Shown here piece by piece: positions 37,523-47,481 of a stretch of DNA of 64,000 nt. A program made the position numbers and the translations under genes. The stretch is from the NCBI GenBank assembly GCA_013416795.1, contig RQSC01000518.1:134510-198509 (forward strand), in the 5' to 3' direction. The DNA is from Prasinococcaceae sp. CCMP 1430. Its lineage: Eukaryota; Plantae; Prasinodermophyta. Below the pieces are notes generated by a model. That model made no database searches and had not been told where the DNA came from. It saw only the letters and a program-made list of their open reading frames with translations. The first letter of the stretch is position 1; every line of letters starts with the position of its first letter.

Positions 37523-37864
37523 TGCACGCCAGCAGCAGCCGCACTCGCGAACGCACCGCCCTCGCACCTGCACTCTCTGCTGTACTGCGCGCCACCTATG
37601 TGTGCGTCCCCGCCCTTTTTTGTATATGGCACTCCGTTCGAGCTGAGAGCGACCGCGTCGCTCGTCGTAAGCATGGGAGCGTTTCCACGATGGTTTCGTG
37701 TGCGGACCGCCGCACGCGCAGATCTAGCTAGGGCCTGGGCGAACGTAGAGGACGGGTGAGGGGGGTAGCGCAGTCGCTCGGACATCTCTCTGCTGCCTTG
37801 TGTATTAACCTGGTGTGTGTGCGCGAGCGCGCGAGTTGCGCAAGTGGTGCGCGTACGCTCTCCC

Positions 37865-38212
37865 TCACCACGTATCGGCGTAGCCGCTGCTGTGCCAGAA
37901 CGCGAGCCGTCCTACCAGAAAGAAGACAATCGCGACGACCACGAAGGCGCCGAAGCCAATAGCCTCGTCGTCGTCGAGCAGGTTCGCGACGCTGCCCTCC
38001 TCCTCTCGCTCCACCTGCCCCAAGCGTGCTTTCAGCAGGTCCATGTCCGCCGTCGCGCCGGCACCGTCCTTGTCGGCCTCTTCTTCGCGCACGCCATCAC
38101 CCCCGTCGCCGGTCTCGCCGCGCACGACCACCGCTGCCCGCCGCGCCGCCCATCCCGGCCTCCGCCGCGCCGCCGCCCCCGCTGCGGCAACCGCCCGCGC
38201 CGCTGCCGCCAT
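37865..38212 (-). CDS. Hypothetical plastid-targeted single-pass membrane protein (115 aa)
   Basis: GCCATG start, Ala/Arg transit peptide ending VVVRG, acidic middle region, TM helix AIGFGAFVVVAIVFFLVGRLAFW. Confidence 0.65.
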   Translation of the reverse strand: MAAAARAVAAAGAAARRRPGWAARRAAVVVRGETGDGGDGVREEEADKDGAGATADMDLLKARLGQVEREEEGSVANLLDDDEAIGFGAFVVVAIVFFLVGRLAFWHSSGYADTW

Positions 38213-38915
38213 GAGCGACCGCCGCGCCGCGCGCCCTGCGCGCCCCGCCCCGGACCAGACGCTCCCGCCCTTTCTATGACCCGTCCCCCGAGGTCCCTCC
38301 CCTGCCGCTCGCGCGGGGCCCCGCCTTGTGGCGCCCCTCCCCGCCCACCCTCCCACTGACACAAGCGCTGGCGCTGGCGCTGGCGCTCCTGCTGCTGCGC
38401 TCTGCGCGCGCGCGCGCCGCGCCCCCAGGCGAGCGGATAAAACCCTTGCGGGCTCGTGCACCTGAGGAGGGTGCCGCGCTCGCCGCACGCGCGGAGTTGC
38501 GAACTGATGGTGATGACCGGGCTGGTCAACCAGAACTGCACCCGCGAGCTCCATTAGGGTTGCGATTGTAAGGGTTTGGATGGCGCCCTCATTTTTCGAT
38601 CGCGATCGACGTGCGTGCCGATCGGATCGGGGGGGGGCGGTCGAGGCGCGCGGCGTGCGACACGGTGGCTGAGAGAGGGGCCTCGGGAGTGCGCTCAAGG
38701 GCTGCGTCGGTGACCGCGCGCACTGTCTCTTCGTCGCTCCCGCGGCGTCGCGCGCGCGCGCGGACGAGAGGCGGCGACGGAGAGCAGCGGCGACGGTCTT
38801 GCTCTCGTGCTGGTGGTTTGCTTTAAATTTTCTGCTACAGTAAGTTCGGTCGTGTGGCATGCGTCTGCGCACACTCAGGGGCTGCGTGCTAGATGATGAT
38901 GTGATGGCACTCTAT

Positions 38916-40804
38916 CTACTCGTGGTTCTTGTGTGTATACGCCGTCCCCCTGTAGACGAACGAAGGCGCCTGTGTGGGCGCGCTAGCCCTGAAGGATGGG
39001 GGAGGCGTCAAAGTGGTAGGTGAAGGCACGCCAGCTGACCCCACCAGCTCAGCAGCAGGCACCGAAGGGTCGAGCATGGAAAGGGGAGCCAGTGGTTGTG
39101 GGTGGAGGTGGTGCGTCGCCGCTGTTGAGGGAAGCGTCTGAGGCCAGGCGGTGTGGATGTGGCCATGCACGGTGTTGGTGGTCGGTGACAGCTGCGGCGC
39201 GCCGATGGTGGGCGGCGCGCCCGCTGCAGCGATCGCTACTTGGTGCGGCGGGGCTGCAAGTGATAGGCCGCCATCTCCGAACGAGGCACCTGCGAGTGCC
39301 TGATCGAACGTCTGCGGTGGCGAGTGTCCGTATCGCTGTGGGGAATGGTTGTGCCCGATTGGGGACAAGCTCGGCGGCGTGTGGGCTTGCGCGTGCCCGA
39401 ACGGCGCATGTGCCGCCACGTGCAGGCTGGTGCCGCCGAACGGCAGCACGCTGGCGGGTGTCGCCAGCGGTGACACGGGTGGCTTGTGCTGCATCGGCAG
39501 TGGTGGTGGTGGCATTTGCGCGAGCTGCTGGTGGTGGTGTGCCGCCTGCCCCTGCTGCTGGCGCACGGCGGCATGCTGCGCGGCCTGCGCGGCCTGCGCC
39601 GCGCGCTGCTGTGCCTGCGTAATGGCTTCGGGCGCGATGGGGCTCGGCAAGGGCTCCACTACCGATGTGTTGGTGGGGAGGTGGTTGTGCTGGCCCTCGT
39701 AGACGGTGATGATCTGCGCAGGGTTGTTGGGGTGTCGCTCCATGTGCTTGCGCACGTTGCATCCCGGGTGGGTGCATTTGAAGTAGGAGCGCGGGTACTT
39801 GTTGTTCTTCAAAGACTTCTGGCCGTACTTCCTCCAGCGGTACCCGTCGCGTCCGATCTCGTGCGCGTCGAACGCGGGATGCGCGCCTGCGCGGCCCCCG
39901 GAGCTGTGGCCGCTGCTTCCGGGCGAGGTCGTCGAGTGGTCGCCCTTGCGGGCCTTTTTCGCTGGGGGCTCGCACTCAGTGGCGGTCGCGTCCTCCCCCG
40001 CGTTCGCGAGGCGCAGCTGGTCGTCGGCGGGCGTCCCAGCCGCCGTGGGCGAGACCGATGACTGCTTGCGCGCGCCTTGCGTGGCCTCGGGGGTGGGGGG
40101 TGGAGCATCGCTCATCGAGTACACCGTGGTGATGGATTGCGCCTCCACGCGCGCGCGCAGCTGCTCCGGCGACGCACTGCTGGGCTCGTGGTTGTGCTTG
40201 CCCTCGTAGGTGACGCTCAGCACCTCGGTGTCGGACTTCTCGACCTTGCGGCGCGCGGTGCACCCCTTGACGGTGCAGCGATAGTAGCTGCGCATGACCG
40301 GAATCTTCTCCGCGCCGTGGATGGGCTGGCCAAGCGCATCCCTCGGCAGCACGTAGCCGTGCTTCTGCCCGTACTTCCTCCACGAGTAGCCGTCAGTCAC
40401 TACGATTAAACAGGCAGGTTGTTGGTGCGCCGTCAGCACTCGCAATAGCGTACGCCGATAGCGAGTGCGGGGGCGACCAAACCGAGCGCGGGCGCTCGCG
40501 CCGCACCCCTGAGCTTGAAGCCGTTGCTGTACACGGACGCGACCGTCCCCTGCCGCCCGATGAGCGTCCCAGCCGGCTGTAGCGTGCCGCCCGACTGCAC
40601 GGGCTGGAAGTCGGCCGAGGGGCCTGGCAGCGAGCCAGTTGCGCCCGGAGCGGGCGCATCGGTGGCGGTGGCCCCGGAGCGCCCCTGCGTCACCGGCGTC
40701 GCCTGCGTCGCAGCCATGGCTAGCGCCTGTTGGCGATCAGGGTCGTCCACCAGCTGCATCGCCCGCGCGGGAACGTTTCCGGCGCCCCCCCCGGCGGACG
40801 CCAT
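38916..40804 (-). CDS. WRKY: Group I WRKY transcription factor (two WRKY domains, C2H2 zinc fingers)
   Basis: Exons 40804-40507 and 40399-38916 (AGGG|GTGCGG...GCTGAC...CGTAG|TG, phase 1; inferred). DGYSWRKYGQK...RSYYRCTVKGC...YEGKHNH and DGYRWRKYGQK...RSYFKCTHPGC...YEGQHNH. Confidence 0.93.
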
Positions 40805-41257
40805 CACGCGCTGTCAGCTGCACCAAATGTAGCAGTCGCCACCAGCCCACCCCTGCGGCCGGCGCTGGAGGAGCACAGCACGCGGCGACGCGGCGGCTGC
40901 CGGTCTCCGGGAGTTGGAGGCGGTGCCAGCAAAGCGGTGCGCGCGTGCTATGTGGCACGCCGCGCGCGACATGCCCCCCGCCCGCCCCTCCTGCCCGCAG
41001 CAAGAGCCGCTCTCGGGCGCCGGCGCTCGCGCGCTCGCCGCGCGCGGCCTCCGCGCGTTCGCGNTTGCAAGAGTCCCGCAGAGCGTACCAGGAGCGCGCC
41101 CGAGACTGCCAGCCAGCCAACGCGGTAGGCGGACACACAGGAGGGAGGGGGGGGGCATGCGCGCGCCTGCCGCCGCCACCGAGGACCGCACGCGCCGCCG
41201 CGGCCCCGCCGCCTGCGCACACCCCGGCTTTGTGTCTGCAATTGTGCGCGGCAGGAC

Positions 41258-41303
41258 GTACAGTACCATCATGGCACAGTACTGTGCCATGATGGCACTG
41301 TAC
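41258..41303. promoter_or_regulatory. 46-bp loopless palindrome with four GTAC cores in the WRKY/MSP divergent intergenic region
   Basis: GTACAGTACCATCATGGCACAGT|ACTGTGCCATGATGGCACTGTAC: 30-bp perfect core (41266-41295) and a single mismatched pair. The structure is certain; a regulatory role is inferred. Confidence 0.5.
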
Positions 41304-41728
41304 AGGATACCGTATCGGACAGTGACCATCGAGACTGACCGGCGCAGAGATCGCAGAGAGGTGCTGACGCCGAGGTCCGCCCATACCCCGGACGTGGCGA
41401 CCACCCTCGATCGAGCCGGAAGCGCGGACAATGCTCGAATTGCAGATCGGAATGGGGGCGACGAAAAAAAAGGCAGTGGTCAAATCGTTTGGCATTAATG
41501 GGTTGGTCGCCGAGCTGCTTGGCGCAGCGTGTGTTTCGAGGCACAGCGGCAGCGCTGAATTTTTTTGGCGTGGTGGCGCAGCAGAGAGCCAGAGTGCGCG
41601 CCGTCAAGCCGCGGGGCCTCTCCTCCCACCCGGCCGGCGCCCCGCGGTCGTCGCGCCGGTCGCGCGGTCCCAGCCGGTGCCCACGCGCCGCCGCGGCATC
41701 TGGTAGCGCCCCCCAGCCAGCGGTGGCC

Positions 41729-42829
41729 ATGGCCACCGGCGATTCGGACGGACTCCCGGAGGAGAGGGCTGCCAAGAGGGCGCGCCAGTGGTACTCGTTG
41801 TGGAGCGAGGCGTGCGAGAAGGCGGGCCGGCCCGGCGCGGCGCGCGCGGGCGCCACGCTCGCTGCGCACGACGCAGCGTGCCGCAAGGGAGCGGCGCCCG
41901 CGGTCCCAGTCGCGGTGCGCTCGCCCGGCGGTGCCGTCACGGCCCTGGCGACGCCGGTCGCGGTTGTGGAGGCGAGCGCCGACGCTGGCGCGGTGGCCGT
42001 CGCGTCGTGCTGCTTCAACCAGGCCAACGACCCGTCACACGAGGTGCCGGCGCTGCACGCGGTGCCCGCCACGCACCTGGAGCTCGCGCTGCCACCCCCG
42101 AGCCCGCAGTGGGGTGCTTCGCGCTACTCGGAGGGCACGCTGCTCCTGCGCAACCCATCGAGCGACAGCGAGGTCGCCTTCGCGGCGACGGTCGAGGACG
42201 CACACGGAGGGCGCACGCCCGGCGCGATCGCGGTGCTGTCGCCGCAGGTTGGGCTAGTGCCGTGCTGCGCCACAGGTGCGGGCGTCGCGCCTGCCTTTGT
42301 GCCTTTATCATTTTCCCGCACTGCCCAGGGGGATGTACGAACTGACGGCGACTACTATCCCCCCCCCCCCTCCACACGCACGCACGCTTTCGGCACGCTT
42401 TCTTTGCTTCGCGCGGTCTGTGCCACACGCACGTGCGCGCGCTCTCGACGTTCACGCGTATCGTCGCCAACTCCTCGCACTGCCAACGCAGTCGCTGTGC
42501 GCGTGTCGGTCCGGGACGACGCGTTGCCGCGCGCACCCACGGGCGGGGCGGGCGGCTCGACCAGTGACTCCGCCGCCAGTCCCACGGGTGACACGACGGC
42601 CGTCACGCTGCGCGTGCTAAGCGCCTTCACGCCGAAGGAAGGGGAGCTCGCGGGAGTCGACCGCGGCCACATGGACGCGTTCGACAGGCTTTGGCAGTCG
42701 GGCGCGAGGGACGCCGCTGCGCACGCGCGCCGACACTCGCTACCGGGAAGCGGCGACGCGGGCGGCAAGGACGCCAAGTACGCGCGCGTCGCGGTCCTGA
42801 CCTTGCCGCTGCAGGCGCGTGTGCGCTGA
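41729..42829 (+). CDS. Probable MSP (major sperm protein/PapD-like Ig) domain protein
   Basis: Exons 41729-42275 and 42492-42829 (ACAG|GTGCGG...ACGCAG|TC, phase 1). EGTLLLRNPSSDSEVAF...LSPQVGLVPCCATVAVRVSV...FDRLWQ resembles the MSP pattern LxLxNxSxxxVAF...PxxGxxxP. Confidence 0.55.
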   Translation: MATGDSDGLPEERAAKRARQWYSLWSEACEKAGRPGAARAGATLAAHDAACRKGAAPAVPVAVRSPGGAVTALATPVAVVEASADAGAVAVASCCFNQANDPSHEVPALHAVPATHLELALPPPSPQWGASRYSEGTLLLRNPSSDSEVAFAATVEDAHGGRTPGAIAVLSPQVGLVPCCATGAGVAPAFVPLSFSRTAQGDVRTDGDYYPPPPSTRTHAFGTLSLLRAVCATRTCARSRRSRVSSPTPRTANAVAVRVSVRDDALPRAPTGGAGGSTSDSAASPTGDTTAVTLRVLSAFTPKEGELAGVDRGHMDAFDRLWQSGARDAAAHARRHSLPGSGDAGGKDAKYARVAVLTLPLQARVR

Positions 42830-42952
42830 TCGAAGGGGCGACGAGAGCGTTCAAGCACTATATATACAGGTTTACGCCACACGCGATAAGACGACGAGCG
42901 GGTTCTCTCTCACCGGGCTAAACGCGGTCCATTTAGCCCGAGTGTCAGCTCC

Positions 42953-44980
42953 TCAGTAGCTCGTACCGGTCTTGCGGTGGTGCACAGCCGTGAGCGCGTT
43001 CGGCTGGAGGACCTTCCCGTCCGTCACAGTGGCGTACACCACCCAGTGGTCGCCCGCCTCCATGCGCTTGACCACCTTGCACTCCACCACCGAAGCGGCC
43101 TTGGGCAGCACGACGCAGCCGTTGGCCGCCTCGGTCGTGCCTTCTATGGCCGCGAAGCGGTCCTCACCCGGCGCGAAGGGCTTGCTCATTGCCTTGATGT
43201 ACTCCATCGCATGCTCCTCGCTGAGCACGTTGAGGGCAAAGTCCTGGCCCTTGGTGCAGAACGCCTCTACCGCGCGGTCTTTCTTGACGGCCACCGTGAG
43301 GCCCGGCGGCACGAAGGTCGCCTGGCTCACCCAGCTCGCGAGCATGCCGCTGGTGGCCCCGCCGTCCTTCGACTTCGTGGTGAGCACGCACAGCGAGCCC
43401 ACCACGCGCCCCATCGCGCGCTCGACGTCACCCACGTTTGCGGCCGACTGCCGCTGCGAGAGCACCTGCTGGCGGTCCTGGCGGATGCGCCTCTTGCGCA
43501 CCGCCTGGCCCATGTCAGTGCCGCTCTCCTCGCACACCTGCAGGTCCTTGTCCGCGGGTGTGAACTTGACGCGGATGGGGTCGAACGCCAGCTTGTACCC
43601 GCCGTCTCGGAGGCGACGCTCCAGCTCATCGACGGCCTCGCCCGACCAGCCGAAGGAGCCGAACACGCCGCAGGGCTTCTCGCGCGTCGTCGGATCCGAC
43701 AGGATTGCACCCAGCGCCTCCTTGACGGGGGTGGGCATGTGGCCGCCGATCGTCGGGCTGCCAATGGCGAAGGCGTCGCACTCGCTCACAGCGGCCGCCA
43801 CCTCGGTGCTGCTCATGAACTCGCAATTGAGACTCTCGACGCCCACGCCGGTCTTGATGGCACCGCGCGCGATGGCCTGCGCGAGCGACGATGTGTTTCC
43901 ATACGCCGACGCGTAGAGCACCGCCACGCGGCCGCGCAACGCGTCCGCCGCGCGCCTCTCCGCCCACTTGCCGTAGTCGCGCACGAGCTCTGCCAGGCCG
44001 GCGTGCACGACCGGCCCGTGCATCGGCGCGATGGTCACAATCTTGGCGGCCGCGGACTCGCCCTCTGCGCCTTCGCTGGACGCGCAGAGGCCGAGGCGCT
44101 GCAGCGCAGCCTTGGCCTGCCGCGCGGCCGGCGCGAGCATGCAGTCGAAGTAGTGACGCCAGTCCTCGCCGAACTCGTCGAACGCCGCGAGGCCATCGTC
44201 GGTGGGAGCGTCAGTCGCCACATGCGCACTGAAGAACTTCGAGCTGAACAGCGTCCCCGACTGCGTCTCACGCACGCACATAAGGTCGGGCCAGCGCGGC
44301 GTCGCAGCGGCGTAGAACTGCAGCGCCCGCCCGCCGCCGAGGTCCAGCTCGTCGCCCGTCTTGACGCTCTCCAGGACGCACAACTCGAGCGCCTCCGCGT
44401 GCAATGACTCCTCGACCGTGCGCAGCGCCGCAGGGGAGCACAGCACGCGCACGCTGCCGGCCGGAGCACCCGCGTTGCGAAGCGCCGTCAGCACGCCCTC
44501 GAGCGTCTGGCACCGCTTGGGGTCGATGTGCGTCAGCACGATGGCGATGCCCGAACCCCCCTTCGCGATGACATCCACGTCCGCCGCGCCGAGCATCTCG
44601 ACGAACGCTGCGACGAACGCGCGGTCGGGCACGTCCACCAGCACCTTGCGCGGCGCAGTGCCCTCGCCCTCGCCGTCGACGACGTAGGCGTTCTCCGTGG
44701 TGCCACGCTTGAGGTTGTACTCAATCTCAAACTTGAAGCTGTCGCCCGCGCGTCCGCGCACGAGAGACACGCCCGGCGCGATCTCCGCGGCGGTCACGTC
44801 CGCCTCTGCCGGCGGGGGCTTCGACGGCGGCGGGCCGCCCTGCGGCGGGCCGCCCTTGCCCTGCGCCTGCGCCTGCGCCGCCGGCACGGCGTACGAGCGG
44901 TGCGCTGCCGCACCGCGCGCCGCCCCAGCCCCGGCGGTGCGGTGCGGGCGGCCCGCGGTCGCGCGCCCAAATCGCCACAT
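42953..44980 (-). CDS. FLVA: Class C flavodiiron protein, Flv1-like (FLVA): metallo-beta-lactamase-like + flavodoxin + flavin reductase domains
   Basis: EIEYNLKRGTTENAY, non-canonical ligand sites THIDPKR / TPRWPD / SSKFFSAH, flavodoxin LYASAYGNT, GSPTIGG, FGSFGWSGEA, C-terminal flavin reductase ...AGDHWVVYA...HHRKTGTSY. ATG 44980. Confidence 0.93.
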   Translation of the reverse strand: MWRFGRATAGRPHRTAGAGAARGAAAHRSYAVPAAQAQAQGKGGPPQGGPPPSKPPPAEADVTAAEIAPGVSLVRGRAGDSFKFEIEYNLKRGTTENAYVVDGEGEGTAPRKVLVDVPDRAFVAAFVEMLGAADVDVIAKGGSGIAIVLTHIDPKRCQTLEGVLTALRNAGAPAGSVRVLCSPAALRTVEESLHAEALELCVLESVKTGDELDLGGGRALQFYAAATPRWPDLMCVRETQSGTLFSSKFFSAHVATDAPTDDGLAAFDEFGEDWRHYFDCMLAPAARQAKAALQRLGLCASSEGAEGESAAAKIVTIAPMHGPVVHAGLAELVRDYGKWAERRAADALRGRVAVLYASAYGNTSSLAQAIARGAIKTGVGVESLNCEFMSSTEVAAAVSECDAFAIGSPTIGGHMPTPVKEALGAILSDPTTREKPCGVFGSFGWSGEAVDELERRLRDGGYKLAFDPIRVKFTPADKDLQVCEESGTDMGQAVRKRRIRQDRQQVLSQRQSAANVGDVERAMGRVVGSLCVLTTKSKDGGATSGMLASWVSQATFVPPGLTVAVKKDRAVEAFCTKGQDFALNVLSEEHAMEYIKAMSKPFAPGEDRFAAIEGTTEAANGCVVLPKAASVVECKVVKRMEAGDHWVVYATVTDGKVLQPNALTAVHHRKTGTSY

Positions 44981-45329
44981 CACATCAATCAAGCGCCGCG
45001 CAACACTCCCCACCCTCGTCGTGCACCGCCGCACCTCCCCGGCCGGACGGCATTTTCATCCCCAGCCAGATCCAGCCAGAGCGAGACGGACCGACCGATT
45101 GATCCATCGATCGGTGGATCTTTCGATCACTCCCGGCCGGGACGAAATGGGTCCTAGTGTTCATCGTGCACTCCGTCAGTCATTCGCCCAGTCATTCGGT
45201 CGGTCCCGCGGCCCCCCGCGGATCCGACGCCCGGAGCGCAGATCCAGGAAGGGAACCATGGATTTGTGGATTGCATCAGTCGGTCGGACCACCGCCGCGC
45301 GCGCGCCGGCCGGATCCGGATCCGATCCT

Positions 45330-45337
45330 AAACCCTA
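45330..45337 (+). promoter_or_regulatory. Telo-box-like AAACCCTA in the FLVA/FLVB bidirectional promoter
   Basis: Exact match to the plant telo-box consensus; a single 8-mer, function untested. Confidence 0.3.
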
Positions 45338-45618
45338 TCCGCTCCCGCGCGCGCGCGCGCGCGCGGCGTTCGAGTTGCTATGAGAGCTGCATGCAAGTGT
45401 TTGCGGTTTACGCCCCCGGGTGGCGAGCGCTGGCGCGTGTGGCTGGAAGCTGCTGTGGCGCGGCCCGGGTCCGGCAGGGGATGAACCCGTGCGCGCGCGG
45501 GAGCCCGGCGCGAGGTGGGGCTTGACCGTGGGATGTTTACCAGGGTGGAGCGTGCGTCGAGCAGCGGCAGGGCCAACCAAGGTGATTTCGTTTCGCCGGC
45601 GGGCGGCGGGGCGGAGGC

Positions 45619-47481
45619 GTGCGGGCGCGCCACACGCGCGACGAGCGCGCGCGGGAGCCGGCGGCGACGCAGGGGGCGCGATGGCGGTCGCGTCGGACGG
45701 CGCCCCGTGCCGCGGAGGCGGCGGTGGCCGCGCCGGCGCCGTGCACGGGCACCATCTCCGAGCCGCTGCTGTGGGGCGAGGGCAACAAGCTGCAGACGCA
45801 GGTGGTGGAGATAGGCGAGAACACCACCGCGATTCGCTGCCTCGACTGGGACCGCGCGCGCTTCGACATCGAGTTCGGCCTGGACAACGGCACGACGTAC
45901 AACTCCTTCGTCATCAAGGGCGCGGACAAGATCGCGCTCGTGGACGCGTCGCACGAGAAGTTCGGCACGGACGACCTCTACATGCGCGCGCTTGAGTCGG
46001 TGGTCGACCCGGCGGACATCGACTACCTCATCTGCTCGCACACCGAGCCCGACCACAGCTTCCTCATTCCGGCAGTGCTCGAGCGCGCACCCAACGCCAC
46101 CGTGGTGGCCACCAAGGTGGCGCTCACCTTCCTGGACCAGCAGATCAACGGTGAGTACCCCAAGATGATGGCCAAGCCGGGTGGCAGCCTCGACCTCGGT
46201 GGGGGGCACATGCTCCAGTTCACGGCGGCGCCCAACCTGCACTGGCCCGACACCATGTTCACCTTCGACGAGAAGACCCAGATCCTGTACACGTGCGATG
46301 CCTTCGGCCAGCACCTGTGCACGGAGGAGACCTTCGACGCCAACCTGCAGGAGATCCTGCCGCACTATCGATTCTACTACGACTGCCTGATGCGCCCCAA
46401 CGCGCGCTCGGTGGTCACGGCACTGCGCAAGAGCAAGGACATGGACTACCTGACCGTGGCCGTGGGCCACGGCCAGCTGCTGCGCCACAACCTGGCCGAG
46501 CTCAAGAGCAAGTACGAGACGTGGTCGGCGGAGGCGCTTGAGAAGGCCGCAGCGAGCGTGTGCGTGCTCTACTGCGCGGACTACGGCTTCTCGGACCGGC
46601 TGAGCCAGGCCGTCGCCCGCGGCATCACCAAGACGGGCTGTGGCGTGGAGATGCACGACCTCATGAGCACCGAGACGCAGGAGCTCACGGAGGCGATCGC
46701 GGGCAGCGCGGGCGTGGTCGTCATGGCGCCGCCGCACGACACCGCGGGCGCTGAGGCGCTCGGCACCGTGCTCGCCTCTGTCAACTCCAAGCAGAAGTTC
46801 CTCGTGGTAGAGAGTTACGGCGGCGATGACGAGCCCGTTGACATGATCTCCTCGTCCCTGGCTCAGGCGGGGCTCAGCGTGTCGCTCGACCCCGTCAAGG
46901 TGCGCGACGAGCCAACGCAGGCGACCTACCAGGAGTGCGAGGAGACCGGCACCGACCTGGGCCAGCTGCTCACCAGCAAGTCGTCCTTGCTGGCGCGCAA
47001 GACAGCGATGAGCAATGACGTCGCAAAGGCCCTCGGCAAGGTGAGCGGCGGGCTGTACGTGGTGACCGCTGCTCAGGGCGACTCGCGCAGCGCCATGATC
47101 GCGAGCTGGGTCGCCCAGGCGTCGTTCGAGCCGCTTGGGCTCACCATCGCCGTCGCCAAGGACCGTGCCATCGAGTCCCTCATGCAGGAGGGCGACGCTT
47201 TCGTCCTCAACATGCTGCCGGAGGGCGACTACGGCGGGACTATGAAGCACTTCCTCAAGCGCTTCCCCCCCGGCGCCGACCGATTCGAGGGCGTGGGCTT
47301 CAGGGACGCCGAGTGCGGCTCCCCGGTGCTCGACGCCGCCAGCGCGCACGTCGAGCTGCGCGTGTCCGACCGCATGGAGACCAGCGACCACTGGATCGTG
47401 TACGCGGAGGCGACTGGTGGCGCCGTCTCCACGACCAAGCCGACCGCCACGCACCGGCGCGCGGTCGCCAGCTACTACTGA
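45619..47481 (+). CDS. FLVB: Class C flavodiiron protein, Flv3-like (FLVB); 5' end unresolved
   Basis: LDWDRARFDIEFGLDNGTTYNSF, canonical di-iron ligands SHTEPDH, PNLHWPD, TCDAFGQH, VGHG; flavodoxin and flavin reductase domains ending HRRAVASYY*. No in-frame ATG lies between the stop at 45583 and the mature region, so an upstream exon is likely. Confidence 0.93.
   Translation: MRARHTRDERAREPAATQGARWRSRRTAPRAAEAAVAAPAPCTGTISEPLLWGEGNKLQTQVVEIGENTTAIRCLDWDRARFDIEFGLDNGTTYNSFVIKGADKIALVDASHEKFGTDDLYMRALESVVDPADIDYLICSHTEPDHSFLIPAVLERAPNATVVATKVALTFLDQQINGEYPKMMAKPGGSLDLGGGHMLQFTAAPNLHWPDTMFTFDEKTQILYTCDAFGQHLCTEETFDANLQEILPHYRFYYDCLMRPNARSVVTALRKSKDMDYLTVAVGHGQLLRHNLAELKSKYETWSAEALEKAAASVCVLYCADYGFSDRLSQAVARGITKTGCGVEMHDLMSTETQELTEAIAGSAGVVVMAPPHDTAGAEALGTVLASVNSKQKFLVVESYGGDDEPVDMISSSLAQAGLSVSLDPVKVRDEPTQATYQECEETGTDLGQLLTSKSSLLARKTAMSNDVAKALGKVSGGLYVVTAAQGDSRSAMIASWVAQASFEPLGLTIAVAKDRAIESLMQEGDAFVLNMLPEGDYGGTMKHFLKRFPPGADRFEGVGFRDAECGSPVLDAASAHVELRVSDRMETSDHWIVYAEATGGAVSTTKPTATHRRAVASYY

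Noticed and set aside
35508-37785. ORFs read through the N gap (e.g. 36124-37785, 35854-36696)
   Set aside because: Artefacts of translating Ns.
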